From a virus (lineage: Duplodnaviria > Caudoviricetes), in the IMG/VR virus record IMGVR_UViG_3300049070_000149, positions 1 to 49,805 of that record: a DNA stretch of 49,805 nt; one strand, 5' to 3'. Position numbers and translations under genes: made by a program. Positions 16,179 to 26,393 of this stretch are shown here, piece after piece. Below the pieces are notes generated by a model. That model was not told the DNA's origin. It did no database searches and worked only from the letters and a program-made list of their open reading frames with translations. Each line of letters begins with the position of its first letter. The stretch's first letter is position 1.

Positions 16179-18805
16179 CTAAAGTCCCGTCCTTCGGACC
16201 CAAGCCTGCCAAAATAATGGTAGTAGGCGAGGCTCCTGGCGCTGACGAAGTCCGCGAGGGTAAGCCTTTCATCGGCTACTCTGGCCAGCTCCTCCGCGAT
16301 GTAATGCGCTCAGTGGGCATTGACCCCGACGCAGTTTACTATGCCAACCTTTGTAAGTACCGTCCCCCCAACAATGAGTTACGGTCCTTTTTCGACGACA
16401 AGGGCGTTCCTAATGCTCAAGTATTAGAGGGCCTCACTGAACTCAAAACAGAGATCGAGGAGGTCAATCCTAATGTCATTATACCAGTCGGAAACTATCC
16501 TCTCAAGTTCATCACCGGCCGCGGAACTTGGTCCAACGGGTACAGCGGTATTGGTACTTATAGGGGTTCGATCCTCCAAGGTACAGCCTTTGCCGGTGGA
16601 CGTAAGTGTATTCCGACGTACCATCCTGCAGCTGCCACTCGCCAGTACTCTCTCAAGCATATCATGCGAGTTGATCTTAGTCGAGCAAAAGATCAGGCCG
16701 CATATGCTGCAATACAACGTCCTCGCAAGTTCATCTTGTTGGACCCCCAAGGAGATGACCGAGAAGCTTGGTCACGTTGGCTCGTTGCGCCCACAGGAAC
16801 TGAAAGTCCGCGCTTCAGGTTCTCGGACACTGATCTCGAATGGACGACTGTTAAGGCGGGTTCCTTCCTCACTGGTGACATTGAATACATTGGCTCTAGA
16901 TTGTTGTGTTGTGGTCTTACACGACACGCTGACGTCGCTGTTGTTTTCGCAACTAGAGATGCTGCAGCCATCAGTCACATACGAGCTATCCTTGGAAGCG
17001 GCGTTCCTCTCTGCTTTCAAAACGGTATGTTCGACTGCTCGATATTGGAGTACTTTTACAACATCCCCTGCATCCAGTACTTGATGCACGATACGATGAT
17101 AGCGATGCACGCAGCTTACACAGAATTTCCAAAGGACTTAGGCTTTATTGGGAGTATCTTTACAGAACAACCAGTTTGGTTTGAACAACCTGATCCAAAA
17201 AATCCTGGTAGGTATGTTCTCGTCAACGCTGAATTCTGGAAGGCAGTTAAGAGAGCTCTCGAAGGTCTAGGTTTAGGGATTGAGTACTACGAGAAGTTTT
17301 ACTTCCCTTACAACGGAACCGATGTATGGGTCACTCACGCCAGTATGGAATCAATGCTAGCGGACGAACTGACAGACCCAGCAATTTACAATACTTACCG
17401 CCACGAGATGAGCTTGGTGCGGCCGCTGTGGGAGATCGGAAAGAGGGGAGTGAAGATAGATATAGGCAGCTTGCAAGACTTGTCCAAAACGTTAGAACAG
17501 GAAGCGTCCATCTTGCTTGCGGGTATTGCCCAATACGCAGGAGGCAAGGCGGTCAATGTGAAGTCACCTCCACAAGTCGCGGAATTCCTCTATGGTGCGA
17601 TGGGAGTCCCTCAGATAGGACCGAAGACTCCGAAGGGTCGATGGAAGATGGACGACGACACTTTGGCGTCTCTCCTCTTAAAATCATCGAATGAGAAGCA
17701 GAAAACAGCGATCAAGATGGTACGGGATTGCCGTGAAAGACTTGATCTTATCTCAAAGTTCTGTGAGATTGAACTAGACGACGACGGGAGGATGCGCTGT
17801 CATTATGACCCAGCTAAAACCGATACAGGTCGACTTTCTTCTCGAAAGTTTTATCCAACTGGTCGCGGAACTAATTTGCAGAATGTACCAAGAGATCCAC
17901 GGGTACGAGCCGTCTTTGTACCGGACAAAGGTTATATCTTTGCTTACGCCGACCTTAAGTCAGCTGAGTCCCTAGTTGTCGCTCACATCACTGGCGATCC
18001 AGAGATGCTTAGACTCCACTCACCAGAGTATTTGTCTGGAAGTCTCGATGGACACAAGTACGTTGCATCTTTCCTGCTTGATAAAGCCATCGACCAAATT
18101 ACTAAGGATGAGCGCTATCTTGGTAAAAGAGTGCGCCATGCCGGAAATTATGGTCTAGGATGGTTCCGATTAATGCAGCTGATTAACGCCGACGCTCAAA
18201 AAACCGGCGTGACTGTAGATGCAGCACAAGCAAAAAGGCTGATTGAGAAGTACAGGCAACTTCATCCCATGTTGAAGTACTGGTGGGATAGGGTACTTTC
18301 GCAGCTTTGGGAGACTCATACACTCACTACGCAGCATGGGAGGAAGCGAACCTTCTACGGAAGGCCGGATGAGATTTTGCCAGAGGCGATAGCGTACAAT
18401 CCACAGGGTACTGTGGCTCAGACACTCAATATGGGGCTTTTGAGAATAGCGCCTGATTATCTCAAAGAGCCAAACAACTATTGGATGGCTGCCTATGATT
18501 GGGATAGATCGCCTCTGTTACATGCAGATGTTGTAAACAAGTGCTATCAAGTGCAACACGCTGATCTTCAGATGCTCCTCCAAGTTCACGACGCCGTTGG
18601 CTTTCAAGTTCCAGAAGCCAACGCCGACAAGGTACTTCCTCTAGTCAAAGAACTCATGGCTATTCCTATCCCTATTCAACGTAGAGGAGAGGAGCCATAC
18701 GAGATTACAATACCTGTAGACATTCAGGTTGGCTATAATTGGGGCGAGTTTGATCCCAAGAAACCTGACCTTAACCCTAATGGACTGAGGCAGTGGAATG
18801 GATGA
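16172..18805 (+). CDS. family A DNA polymerase with N-terminal uracil-DNA glycosylase-like and 3'-5' exonuclease domains
   Basis: GEAPG and TYHPAA (UDG); DIE, NGMFD, HDTM, YNGTD (exo); TGRLSS, NLQNVP, DLKSAE, RYLGKRVRHAGNYG, LQVHD (PolA). Confidence 0.95.
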   Translation: MVTKVPSFGPKPAKIMVVGEAPGADEVREGKPFIGYSGQLLRDVMRSVGIDPDAVYYANLCKYRPPNNELRSFFDDKGVPNAQVLEGLTELKTEIEEVNPNVIIPVGNYPLKFITGRGTWSNGYSGIGTYRGSILQGTAFAGGRKCIPTYHPAAATRQYSLKHIMRVDLSRAKDQAAYAAIQRPRKFILLDPQGDDREAWSRWLVAPTGTESPRFRFSDTDLEWTTVKAGSFLTGDIEYIGSRLLCCGLTRHADVAVVFATRDAAAISHIRAILGSGVPLCFQNGMFDCSILEYFYNIPCIQYLMHDTMIAMHAAYTEFPKDLGFIGSIFTEQPVWFEQPDPKNPGRYVLVNAEFWKAVKRALEGLGLGIEYYEKFYFPYNGTDVWVTHASMESMLADELTDPAIYNTYRHEMSLVRPLWEIGKRGVKIDIGSLQDLSKTLEQEASILLAGIAQYAGGKAVNVKSPPQVAEFLYGAMGVPQIGPKTPKGRWKMDDDTLASLLLKSSNEKQKTAIKMVRDCRERLDLISKFCEIELDDDGRMRCHYDPAKTDTGRLSSRKFYPTGRGTNLQNVPRDPRVRAVFVPDKGYIFAYADLKSAESLVVAHITGDPEMLRLHSPEYLSGSLDGHKYVASFLLDKAIDQITKDERYLGKRVRHAGNYGLGWFRLMQLINADAQKTGVTVDAAQAKRLIEKYRQLHPMLKYWWDRVLSQLWETHTLTTQHGRKRTFYGRPDEILPEAIAYNPQGTVAQTLNMGLLRIAPDYLKEPNNYWMAAYDWDRSPLLHADVVNKCYQVQHADLQMLLQVHDAVGFQVPEANADKVLPLVKELMAIPIPIQRRGEEPYEITIPVDIQVGYNWGEFDPKKPDLNPNGLRQWNG

Positions 18806-19040
18806 AGCACTCCCTCCACCTATCATGCAACGCGCCACTCAACTCGCTTCTGCTTGTCACGCAGTTGCACGTGAGATAAGGAAATTCCGTGGTGAGATGG
18901 TATTAGCTGGTGTCAAGTTTCCACACGCACTTGACACCGAGTTAGTCCACCTTGACATGTCAGTTGACAGTATCTACATCATCCTTGACAAACCCCATCT
19001 TACCTCTGCAGCTCAGGTAAATGCCGAAAATCCAGCCTGA
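18798..19040 (+). CDS. hypothetical protein
   Basis: ORF overlapping both neighbours. Confidence 0.5.
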   Translation: MDEALPPPIMQRATQLASACHAVAREIRKFRGEMVLAGVKFPHALDTELVHLDMSVDSIYIILDKPHLTSAAQVNAENPA

Positions 19041-20310
19041 CGGGACGATAATAACGCGTGGACCTGAAATCATCGCACCACCAAAGACCGACGGACGACG
19101 GAGGACAAGTGACTGGCTCGCTGCGTTTATGGAACATACTAGCGAATTGGAGTCTCCGACAGCCTATCTACGGTGGGCAGGACTTTCTACTATAGCAGCA
19201 GTAGCACAGAGAAAAATATTTAGAGATACACAAGCATATACAGTCTACCCAAATATGTATATATGGCTTGTTGGGCCTCCTGGCACTAAGAAATCTACGG
19301 CGATACGAGCAGGACGTAGGCTTCTTGTTCCAAGTGGTACTCCTTTGTCAGGTGTATATCTTACTTCTGATGCTCCGAGTATTGTAGGATTAATGCAGGA
19401 TTTCAAGGATATCCCTCAGAAGGATCACCAATCTCTCAACGGTTTCATCTACGAGCTTTCGTCGTTGTTCGAGAATGCACCTGAAACCATGACAGGTTTC
19501 TTAACCGCAATCTACGACGGTGATGCCAACTACACAAAAAGGACTCGTATCGGTGGGAAGGAACACATCCCATTTCCCTGGTTTAATAAGATCGCAGGGA
19601 CTACCCCGCGTTATCTCGGCGATAATCTTACGAAGAACGCGGTCGAGGGAGGCTTGGTTGCTCGTACACTCCCTATTTTCGCCGACGAAATGTCCTTTGA
19701 TTCACCAGAGCCGGATACTGACCCGGCGTCGATTAAACGCGCAGAGACACTAACACATGACCTCGCACATATTCTCAGCCTCTCTGGTCAGTTTGATTGG
19801 GGCGAAGGTGGCAAGCAGAAGCATCCTGACCCCTGCAGAGAAACCTGTGGGTGTGGTGACGCCTTCAAATGGTATGACAGATGGTATCGTGATCGTTCTA
19901 GGATGCCCCGTATACCGGACAGTCGTACCCAAGGCTATTATGTCAGAAAGCCAATTCATCTTCTCAAGGTCGCTATGTTGCTCAGCCTCTCAAAACGCGA
20001 CGATCGTCTATTTACAGTAGCGGACCTTGAAGTTGCAAAGGCAATGCTAGACTCGATTGAGAAGAATATGAAGAAGTGCTTCTCGGCAGTAGGAACGAAT
20101 CCTATTGCTACTGATTTGGAGCGTATCTCAAATCAGATCAAACAAGCAAAACAGGTAACTCTCGCTGAGTTGGTAGCGACGAATTACAGCAACCTTGATG
20201 AACAGAAGTTTAGTAAGACAATGATTCAGTTAGAGATGATTGGTCAAGTGAAGAAAGTTATAGATGTTCAGAGGGGAACACTTTATCAATGGATAGGAGA
20301 GGAGGACTAA
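19021..20310 (+). CDS. DUF3987-like P-loop ATPase (putative replicative helicase)
   Basis: PNMYIWLVGPPGTKKSTA, YELSSL, LTAIYDG, GGLVAR. Confidence 0.75.
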   Translation: MPKIQPDGTIITRGPEIIAPPKTDGRRRTSDWLAAFMEHTSELESPTAYLRWAGLSTIAAVAQRKIFRDTQAYTVYPNMYIWLVGPPGTKKSTAIRAGRRLLVPSGTPLSGVYLTSDAPSIVGLMQDFKDIPQKDHQSLNGFIYELSSLFENAPETMTGFLTAIYDGDANYTKRTRIGGKEHIPFPWFNKIAGTTPRYLGDNLTKNAVEGGLVARTLPIFADEMSFDSPEPDTDPASIKRAETLTHDLAHILSLSGQFDWGEGGKQKHPDPCRETCGCGDAFKWYDRWYRDRSRMPRIPDSRTQGYYVRKPIHLLKVAMLLSLSKRDDRLFTVADLEVAKAMLDSIEKNMKKCFSAVGTNPIATDLERISNQIKQAKQVTLAELVATNYSNLDEQKFSKTMIQLEMIGQVKKVIDVQRGTLYQWIGEED

Positions 20311-20514
20311 ATGACATTATCGAAGCATGCACAGGAACGCGCAAAAGAGAAGTTGATGCTCTTGAAGAAGTGGTTTGATAAAGGGCATTTGGCGGCTGAA
20401 GGCGATTGGCCTAGTTACACAGAGTTCAGACAAGCAGTAATAAACGATGATCCCCACTTCGCCGGCCTTTTCACCGACGACGATTTCAAGCACAATTATA
20501 ACAAAGGAGACTGA
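20311..20514 (+). CDS. hypothetical protein
   Basis: GGAGG SD. Confidence 0.6.
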   Translation: MTLSKHAQERAKEKLMLLKKWFDKGHLAAEGDWPSYTEFRQAVINDDPHFAGLFTDDDFKHNYNKGD

Positions 20515-20515
20515 C

Positions 20516-20899
20516 ATGCGCCGCAAAAGGCAACCCCAACCCCAACTGCAACCCCGCAGGCCAGGGCAGAGAGACGGAAGGGCAACAGCCCAACCCCAAA
20601 CCCCCTCGGCAGAACAACCACCCTCGCCAACAAACCCTATACGTAGCGACCTGTTAGCCGGCCTTGCTCCCACACCTTTCTTTGCAGTTTCGCCGTCTGA
20701 GCAGAAATATGAGATAGTTCAAGCTGCCAATGATAGGTTGCTCACAGCAAGACAGCGTTATCAAGACACTCTACAAACGTTTGCGTTGCTGTCTCCTATG
20801 TCTCATCTATTCGCTGAGACACAGAATAAGTTATTTGTAAGAACGATGTTATATATTACTGCTGCCCGAGAGCTTGAGGCAGCCTGTCGAGACATATAA
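20516..20899 (+). CDS. hypothetical protein with low-complexity N-terminus
   Basis: ATG after AAGGAG within ORF 20447..20899. Confidence 0.6.
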   Translation: MRRKRQPQPQLQPRRPGQRDGRATAQPQTPSAEQPPSPTNPIRSDLLAGLAPTPFFAVSPSEQKYEIVQAANDRLLTARQRYQDTLQTFALLSPMSHLFAETQNKLFVRTMLYITAARELEAACRDI

Positions 20900-21321
20900 T
20901 GCAAATCACCGCGCGCTCCGTTTGGTATCTCAGCCATCCAGTAGCTTCTGATGAGAGATTCACCTACGAACAGAACCTAGCTCATGCCCTCCATATGGCT
21001 AAGCTTTGCTATGAGGAAGGTTTCAGAGTCTATGTTCCTTGGCACACCCTTTGTCTAATCATGCCAGACTCTGATCCTGAGTATCGTAGGATCGGTTTAG
21101 AGGTAGACTGTGATCTGGCGAAGATGACAGGGTTGATGATTATGACAGGGCATAAGGTAAGCTCTGGAATGCAAAAAGAGCTAGAGGCAGTAAAGACTGT
21201 GGGTCATACAGTTATTAACCTCGTAGGTACATCTGACGACAGGTGTCGTAAATTTTTAAGATATTGGAAAGAGGACCACCTTGATCTAGGAGGTGAGGCC
21301 TCTGCCACCAGACTATCCTAA
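20899..21321 (+). CDS. nucleoside deoxyribosyltransferase-like (DUF4406/DUF1937-type) protein
   Basis: WYLSHP, GFRVYVPW, SSGMQKELE. Confidence 0.65.
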   Translation: MQITARSVWYLSHPVASDERFTYEQNLAHALHMAKLCYEEGFRVYVPWHTLCLIMPDSDPEYRRIGLEVDCDLAKMTGLMIMTGHKVSSGMQKELEAVKTVGHTVINLVGTSDDRCRKFLRYWKEDHLDLGGEASATRLS

Positions 21322-21339
21322 TTTGATTGGCCTACAGTA

Positions 21340-21378
21340 AAGAAGGGGAGACTCAAGCTGTCCGAGTCTCCCCTTCTT
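21340..21378. terminator. long hairpin between the convergent genome arms (likely bidirectional terminator)
   Basis: 15-bp stem AAGAAGGGGAGACTC/GAGTCTCCCCTTCTT, 9-nt loop. Confidence 0.8.
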
Positions 21379-21392
21379 CATTCCCTCAGGTT

Positions 21393-21407
21393 GTTTCACT
21401 ATGAAAC
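21393..21407. repeat. parS-like palindrome copy 4 (GTTTCA-CTA-TGAAAC)
   Basis: Direct reading; intergenic at the convergence point. Confidence 0.9.
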
Positions 21408-21410
21408 GCC

Positions 21411-21590
21411 CTAACCGAAACTCCCTGACCACAGTCCTAGCGCCTTCAGGATGTACAGTAGCAGAAACACGATCGCTACCACAATGATCAGCTGCTTAAA
21501 CTTCGGATCAATCGGTAGGAAAGTTGTCAGCGCCCACACGATCAAAGCCACTAGTGCAATGACAACTAAGACAGTAATAAGTGATCCCAT
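21411..21590 (-). CDS. small two-TM membrane protein (Thivi_2564-like)
   Basis: Own translation MGSLITVLVVIALVALIVWALTTFLPIDPKFKQLIIVVAIVFLLLYILKALGLWSGSFG; TAAGGAGG SD. Confidence 0.75.
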   Translation of the reverse strand: MGSLITVLVVIALVALIVWALTTFLPIDPKFKQLIIVVAIVFLLLYILKALGLWSGSFG

Positions 21591-21599
21591 GCTTCCTCC

Positions 21600-24500
21600 T
21601 TAGAATTGTGCTCCTGCGCCAGGAATCGAATCAGGATATGATCGTGGTGGTTGCTGTGTTCCTCCTTGAGTAGATTTACGAATCTGGCCTTCCTTGTAAT
21701 ACGTCCATCCGTGCCACGCATTCTGCGGATCACCATAGAATTGACTCAAGAACTCCATGTCCTGTGGAGAGAACAATTTATTTGGATCGTATCCTATCGC
21801 AGCCATCTTTACATCATCAGGTGTAGGTTGCGTTGCTGGTATTCCCATCCCATAAGGACTTCCACCAGGCGGCGGCGAAGCTGGTGACGTAGGTGTCCAA
21901 GGATTGTTATTAGGTCCAGGTCCACCTTGAATCATCTGTGGCATTGTCACAGGCTGTTGTGGTGCTGGCCCAGGAACTCCTTGCTGCGTCGCACTAACAG
22001 GTGATGGCATGGGCTGAATAGACTGTTGGAAGAATTGCTGTGCTTGTGGCATTGCCCATCTATTAACCTCAGTCCCCACACCCATTTCTCCTGTTATCAA
22101 GAGGCGTCCTATTGTTTGGCCAGGATACGGTGATTCCACTGCTTGACCAATTCCTTCAGCAGTCCTAATCAACCCTCCAAGAGGATTCATATTTATCGCA
22201 GTACGTTCTGCTGCTTGAACACCAGCATTTACCACTCGTTCTTGAACTGGTCTGCCTTGTTGCTGCTGGAACATAGTTGATGCTCCACGAGAAATGTCAG
22301 CAACAGCACCAATGAGCGGACCACCAGTGAATCCAAGACCAAAGTAAGGATTCATCCAACGGAAGTTCCAGCCGGTTTCACGTGTTGCAACCTCTAATCC
22401 CGCTGTCACTGTTCCCATCGTCGTGAGGAATTTTGCTAGATCGCTTACATCTCCTGTTGTCCTAGCTACACGCATCCCTGCTGAGATTGACTCCCTAAGA
22501 TACTGAAAATATTGCAACGAGTAGTTACCCATCTGCATAGCTACTCGGCCCGTAAGAGACTTAGCTACCCACGGAGATTCAGTAACACCATACTTAAACT
22601 GAGTCGCATCAGCCAACTGTCTCCCTAAGAATTGAGCAGCCTTATCATCAGCGCCCGTTGCTACAATCCTCTCGAATTGTCGTACCCACGAAGGATCATA
22701 AGTACGAGCACCTGTATCCTTAAGGAGCTTTTGCATATCACCAGCAGGACCGGCAGCACGAAACTCAGCAAGAGCAACTTCGGCTTTATTCTTTCCTGCC
22801 GTATAGACCATCGCCTTCATGAACTCAGACTGCTTCCCATAGAAGTACATGGCATGTAGGGGACTATCTCTCGTATCCCTCAGCCATGACGGCATCAAGT
22901 CACGAACAGCGCCCGTTACCTTTGCAGCTGTTCGCATCCGAACGCCCAATTCACGCGGCGGTAAACCCGCGCTAGCGGCCTCCAACTCGCCCGCAAACGA
23001 CCCAGGAGCCGCCATACGGGGCGATTGGAGGGAAATGGCCCCCGCGTCCAACGCATCGTTAAAAATCTCTTTTATGTACTCAGGACTCACCATTGCTTTT
23101 CGCATTACATTAAGCAGGTCAGTTCCGGCCCGAGGAATGGCGAACAACAACTGGAGACTGTCTCTCGCCATAACATGAAATCTAAAGCCTAAGAGCCCGG
23201 CGTGAGTCGCATTCAGGCCAAAGTTGAATAGTTCCTTTGCTTGAGAGCGTGAGACTTCAGGACCAAGGAGTGTCCGCAGTGTACCATGCAATACATCAAG
23301 GGCCAGATCATCTTCGGCATGATAACCATTCTCGATAATGTCCAACCAGTTCTTCATGATGCCTGACGCTGGTTTCATCTCCTCAATCTTAGAAAGTGCA
23401 TCCCATTTCCCTCGAATAGCCTCGACCGGACCAGCTAAATCTTTCTGGTAGAACACAGATCGAATATAGCCTTCTCCAACGTGTCGAGGATCAAACTCAC
23501 GAAGATTGAGATTGCCCTTCTTCTGATAAGTACTAAAAGGACGAGTCGCGTCTCCTAGTGGAAAATCATCGAAAGCCCTTCCTACCATAGCAGGATCACT
23601 TTGTCGTGATGCTATATGAGCAAAATAGGAACGCGCTGAAGCAACGTCTCCACCAACATCCTGAAGAAGCTGATCAAACTCAGCAAAAAGTTTAATTTCC
23701 GCCTCAGGAATATTAGCAGACCTTGCCATCGCCTCTCGCCCACTACCAGCCATCCAAAAGCGGCCCCACTCGCCAGACACAAGTCGATTTGTCTTAATCT
23801 GTCTCGTAATGTCTGTGAGTCGGTCCATAAAAGGATGCATATTATTATGATGAATCGTGACGAGATTACTGATTCCATCATAATCAGCACTGATATTCGT
23901 CGGCAAGTTCGCTTCGTGAAGAGCTTCGTCTATTTGAGAGAAGAAGCGTCTAGCTGGTCTCCAGCGTAAGAAGCCGTCGGTCCATTGATTCTTCATTCGA
24001 CCAACGTTACCTGAAGCTGCGTTCGCCACTGGTGGAGGACCACCTACAAAGTTACCAGCCCCACCCTCAGCATTCTCAACAATCGACTCCAGTGTCTTAC
24101 TAAATGAGGAAGCATTCGTATTTGCACCCTGCGTCGCTTCCCTCAAATGCATTGGAATGATCTGTACAGGAACATCACTCGGAGGTGTTATATCAGGCAA
24201 CTCCCTCTGTGTGTTCCTAATCGCTTCCTCAGCAGCGTCTAATGACTCGAAGCGAATCTCTGCTCTACTCAGCCCACTTACATCCTTGATGAGGTAGCCG
24301 CCCTTATCAGGAATAACGACGAAGCCTTTTGTCGCGAGGAGTTCGTCGGAGCGCTGGAGGGGTGGTTGTTCTATGTTCGCTTGCGTCCTGCGGGCTGTTG
24401 CAGTTGCAGTTGCAGTTTCCGCTGTTTCACGAGGGACAAGTGTCTTGAAGTCATTCACAAAGCGATCATCGAAGTACTGAAGAATGCGAGCACGATCTCC

Positions 24501-26393
24501 AGGAACTACGATTCCCATATCAGTGAGGAAATCAGCAGACCACTTCGTAATGTTCTGCGCTTTTACCGCTTGCAACTGAGCAGGCGTAATTGCTCCACCC
24601 ATTGCAGCAGAAGTCTCCTCTAACTTCCTCAAAGTGTATAACTGGAATCCTTCCCAGAGATGCGGAACCTCAGAGTTACCCACTGAGATTGGATTATTGT
24701 GCAAGTCCTTTAACTTGAACTTATGCGTCTGACCGCTGAACATATCCTGTACTACAGCGTCACTTTTATCAACGAATTGTACAGTCCCCTCAATACCACC
24801 AGGAGATACAACCTTCTGCCCAACGTAGACACCAAAGGATTCGTACTCAGCAATCATCTTATTGGTAATTGGAAGATCGCTGACTATTGCATCGAGGCGC
24901 TTGCCGTGTTGAGCGAAGGCAACGTTGTAACCCTTTGGCGCTACAGAACTTGCGAAGGCTGCAGGGTCGCTAACGCCTTGGACGATGTTTGAACCGCCAG
25001 GATTAGTGGCGATTGCTGCCTCGGCTACTGTTATGTCGTCAAGCTGAGTACGGTTGACAAGTTCAGGGAATATGGGAGACTCAGTGACTATTGCAGCCTT
25101 GTTCATTGCTGTAGAAAGCTGACCTGCACCTTCCACATCTATAGCAGGCTCTCCACGCATATTATAGCCAATACGTTCAAGCGCTTGAGTCTGCTCTGCT
25201 CGTGTTAGATCAAACCAAGTGGTAGTACCAACCGGTCGATCTATCCAACCTTGCTTTGCTTCACTTGTTGAGTTTGCCCACCAAGTCTCTCCTTCAACAA
25301 ACGGATCACTTACAGGTTTTTGACCAGTACGTAAAGGAATCTCCATCCCACTTACATCACGCTGAAGTGGCGCAGGATTAATTTCAGGCACATTCCTCGT
25401 CCTTCTCATATCATCCAGCAGTGCCATCGCGCTTGGATCGCCTGCATTCGCAGCATCAATTACAGCCTGCTCTGGAGGATGATTGACGTTGACAGGAATC
25501 TCCATTGCAGCCAGACTTTCATCAATAGGACTCTTCTTAGGACGAAGTAAGAAGTCTGGTACAAAGCTCTTAACAGTACGGTTTTGAAGGGCTGTTATAG
25601 CTTTCCCCATAGGTTCAATCAGCGCTTCTCCTGCAGTCCCAAGCAACATCCCACCACCTGTCATCAAGTAAGGATGCTGCTTATAAAGATCACTATTTCC
25701 TTCAAGCATCCAAGTTGACAGTCCACCTTGAAACGCTGCCATTGCATGACGAGATTCATTAAGATACGTAGAGACTCGTCCTAACCTACCGGCTAGTGCC
25801 CATGCTGCTTGACCTGGAAACCATAGTCCCGCTAAGTGACCACCACCTTCAATCACTGTATTAAGAATCTCCTGGCTCGCTGGCGTAGTCGCTCTTACAC
25901 CTTCCTCCAGCTTCCTCAACTCCATATCAGCCTGTTGAAGAATCTCCATCCTTTTCAGAGACTCACCAATAATCGGAAGCCGTGTTAATCCGCCTGTAAG
26001 TGACTGTCCCACACCCACTGCAAACATCGCCGGCAAACTTGCCAACTGTGCCGGCAGTGATCCCCAGGATTCATCAAGGTGTGACGACTGTCTATGAGAG
26101 TTAACAAACTGTTCCAGCGCCGTTCTTGGCATCTGACGAGCAGTTTCTTCGGGCATACCCCAATAAACAGCTGCACCAACCAAGTCTGGATCCGACCAGT
26201 AAGAATCAGCTGGCGGAGCTTGTTGAATCATTGGCCGAGTCGTACCTGCATACTGCTGAGCACCAGCAAGACTTTGCTGTTGTTGGACACCAAACTGCAT
26301 CATTTGAGCCTGTAACGCTGCGTCCCTAGCCGCGTTAAAAGCGTCTAATTGTCGTTGATAAGCCTCACTGAGACTACCCTGTGATGGTTCCAT
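21600..26393 (-). CDS. large internal virion / DNA ejection protein
   Basis: 1597 aa; last large gene of the podovirus-type structural operon. Function from synteny only. Confidence 0.6.
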   Translation of the reverse strand: MEPSQGSLSEAYQRQLDAFNAARDAALQAQMMQFGVQQQQSLAGAQQYAGTTRPMIQQAPPADSYWSDPDLVGAAVYWGMPEETARQMPRTALEQFVNSHRQSSHLDESWGSLPAQLASLPAMFAVGVGQSLTGGLTRLPIIGESLKRMEILQQADMELRKLEEGVRATTPASQEILNTVIEGGGHLAGLWFPGQAAWALAGRLGRVSTYLNESRHAMAAFQGGLSTWMLEGNSDLYKQHPYLMTGGGMLLGTAGEALIEPMGKAITALQNRTVKSFVPDFLLRPKKSPIDESLAAMEIPVNVNHPPEQAVIDAANAGDPSAMALLDDMRRTRNVPEINPAPLQRDVSGMEIPLRTGQKPVSDPFVEGETWWANSTSEAKQGWIDRPVGTTTWFDLTRAEQTQALERIGYNMRGEPAIDVEGAGQLSTAMNKAAIVTESPIFPELVNRTQLDDITVAEAAIATNPGGSNIVQGVSDPAAFASSVAPKGYNVAFAQHGKRLDAIVSDLPITNKMIAEYESFGVYVGQKVVSPGGIEGTVQFVDKSDAVVQDMFSGQTHKFKLKDLHNNPISVGNSEVPHLWEGFQLYTLRKLEETSAAMGGAITPAQLQAVKAQNITKWSADFLTDMGIVVPGDRARILQYFDDRFVNDFKTLVPRETAETATATATARRTQANIEQPPLQRSDELLATKGFVVIPDKGGYLIKDVSGLSRAEIRFESLDAAEEAIRNTQRELPDITPPSDVPVQIIPMHLREATQGANTNASSFSKTLESIVENAEGGAGNFVGGPPPVANAASGNVGRMKNQWTDGFLRWRPARRFFSQIDEALHEANLPTNISADYDGISNLVTIHHNNMHPFMDRLTDITRQIKTNRLVSGEWGRFWMAGSGREAMARSANIPEAEIKLFAEFDQLLQDVGGDVASARSYFAHIASRQSDPAMVGRAFDDFPLGDATRPFSTYQKKGNLNLREFDPRHVGEGYIRSVFYQKDLAGPVEAIRGKWDALSKIEEMKPASGIMKNWLDIIENGYHAEDDLALDVLHGTLRTLLGPEVSRSQAKELFNFGLNATHAGLLGFRFHVMARDSLQLLFAIPRAGTDLLNVMRKAMVSPEYIKEIFNDALDAGAISLQSPRMAAPGSFAGELEAASAGLPPRELGVRMRTAAKVTGAVRDLMPSWLRDTRDSPLHAMYFYGKQSEFMKAMVYTAGKNKAEVALAEFRAAGPAGDMQKLLKDTGARTYDPSWVRQFERIVATGADDKAAQFLGRQLADATQFKYGVTESPWVAKSLTGRVAMQMGNYSLQYFQYLRESISAGMRVARTTGDVSDLAKFLTTMGTVTAGLEVATRETGWNFRWMNPYFGLGFTGGPLIGAVADISRGASTMFQQQQGRPVQERVVNAGVQAAERTAINMNPLGGLIRTAEGIGQAVESPYPGQTIGRLLITGEMGVGTEVNRWAMPQAQQFFQQSIQPMPSPVSATQQGVPGPAPQQPVTMPQMIQGGPGPNNNPWTPTSPASPPPGGSPYGMGIPATQPTPDDVKMAAIGYDPNKLFSPQDMEFLSQFYGDPQNAWHGWTYYKEGQIRKSTQGGTQQPPRSYPDSIPGAGAQF
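24379..24417 (-). repeat. 39-bp repeat copy B
   Basis: Reverse complement identical to 15648-15686. Confidence 0.9.

Noticed and set aside
18931-18990. Cluster of four TTGACA hexamers as tandem promoters
   Set aside because: Explained by repeated Leu/Val-Asp codons, with no good -10 at the right spacing
22375-22390. Canonical parS half-match GTTTCACGTG
   Set aside because: Second half-site is missing (TTGC instead of AAAC) and it lies within a CDS
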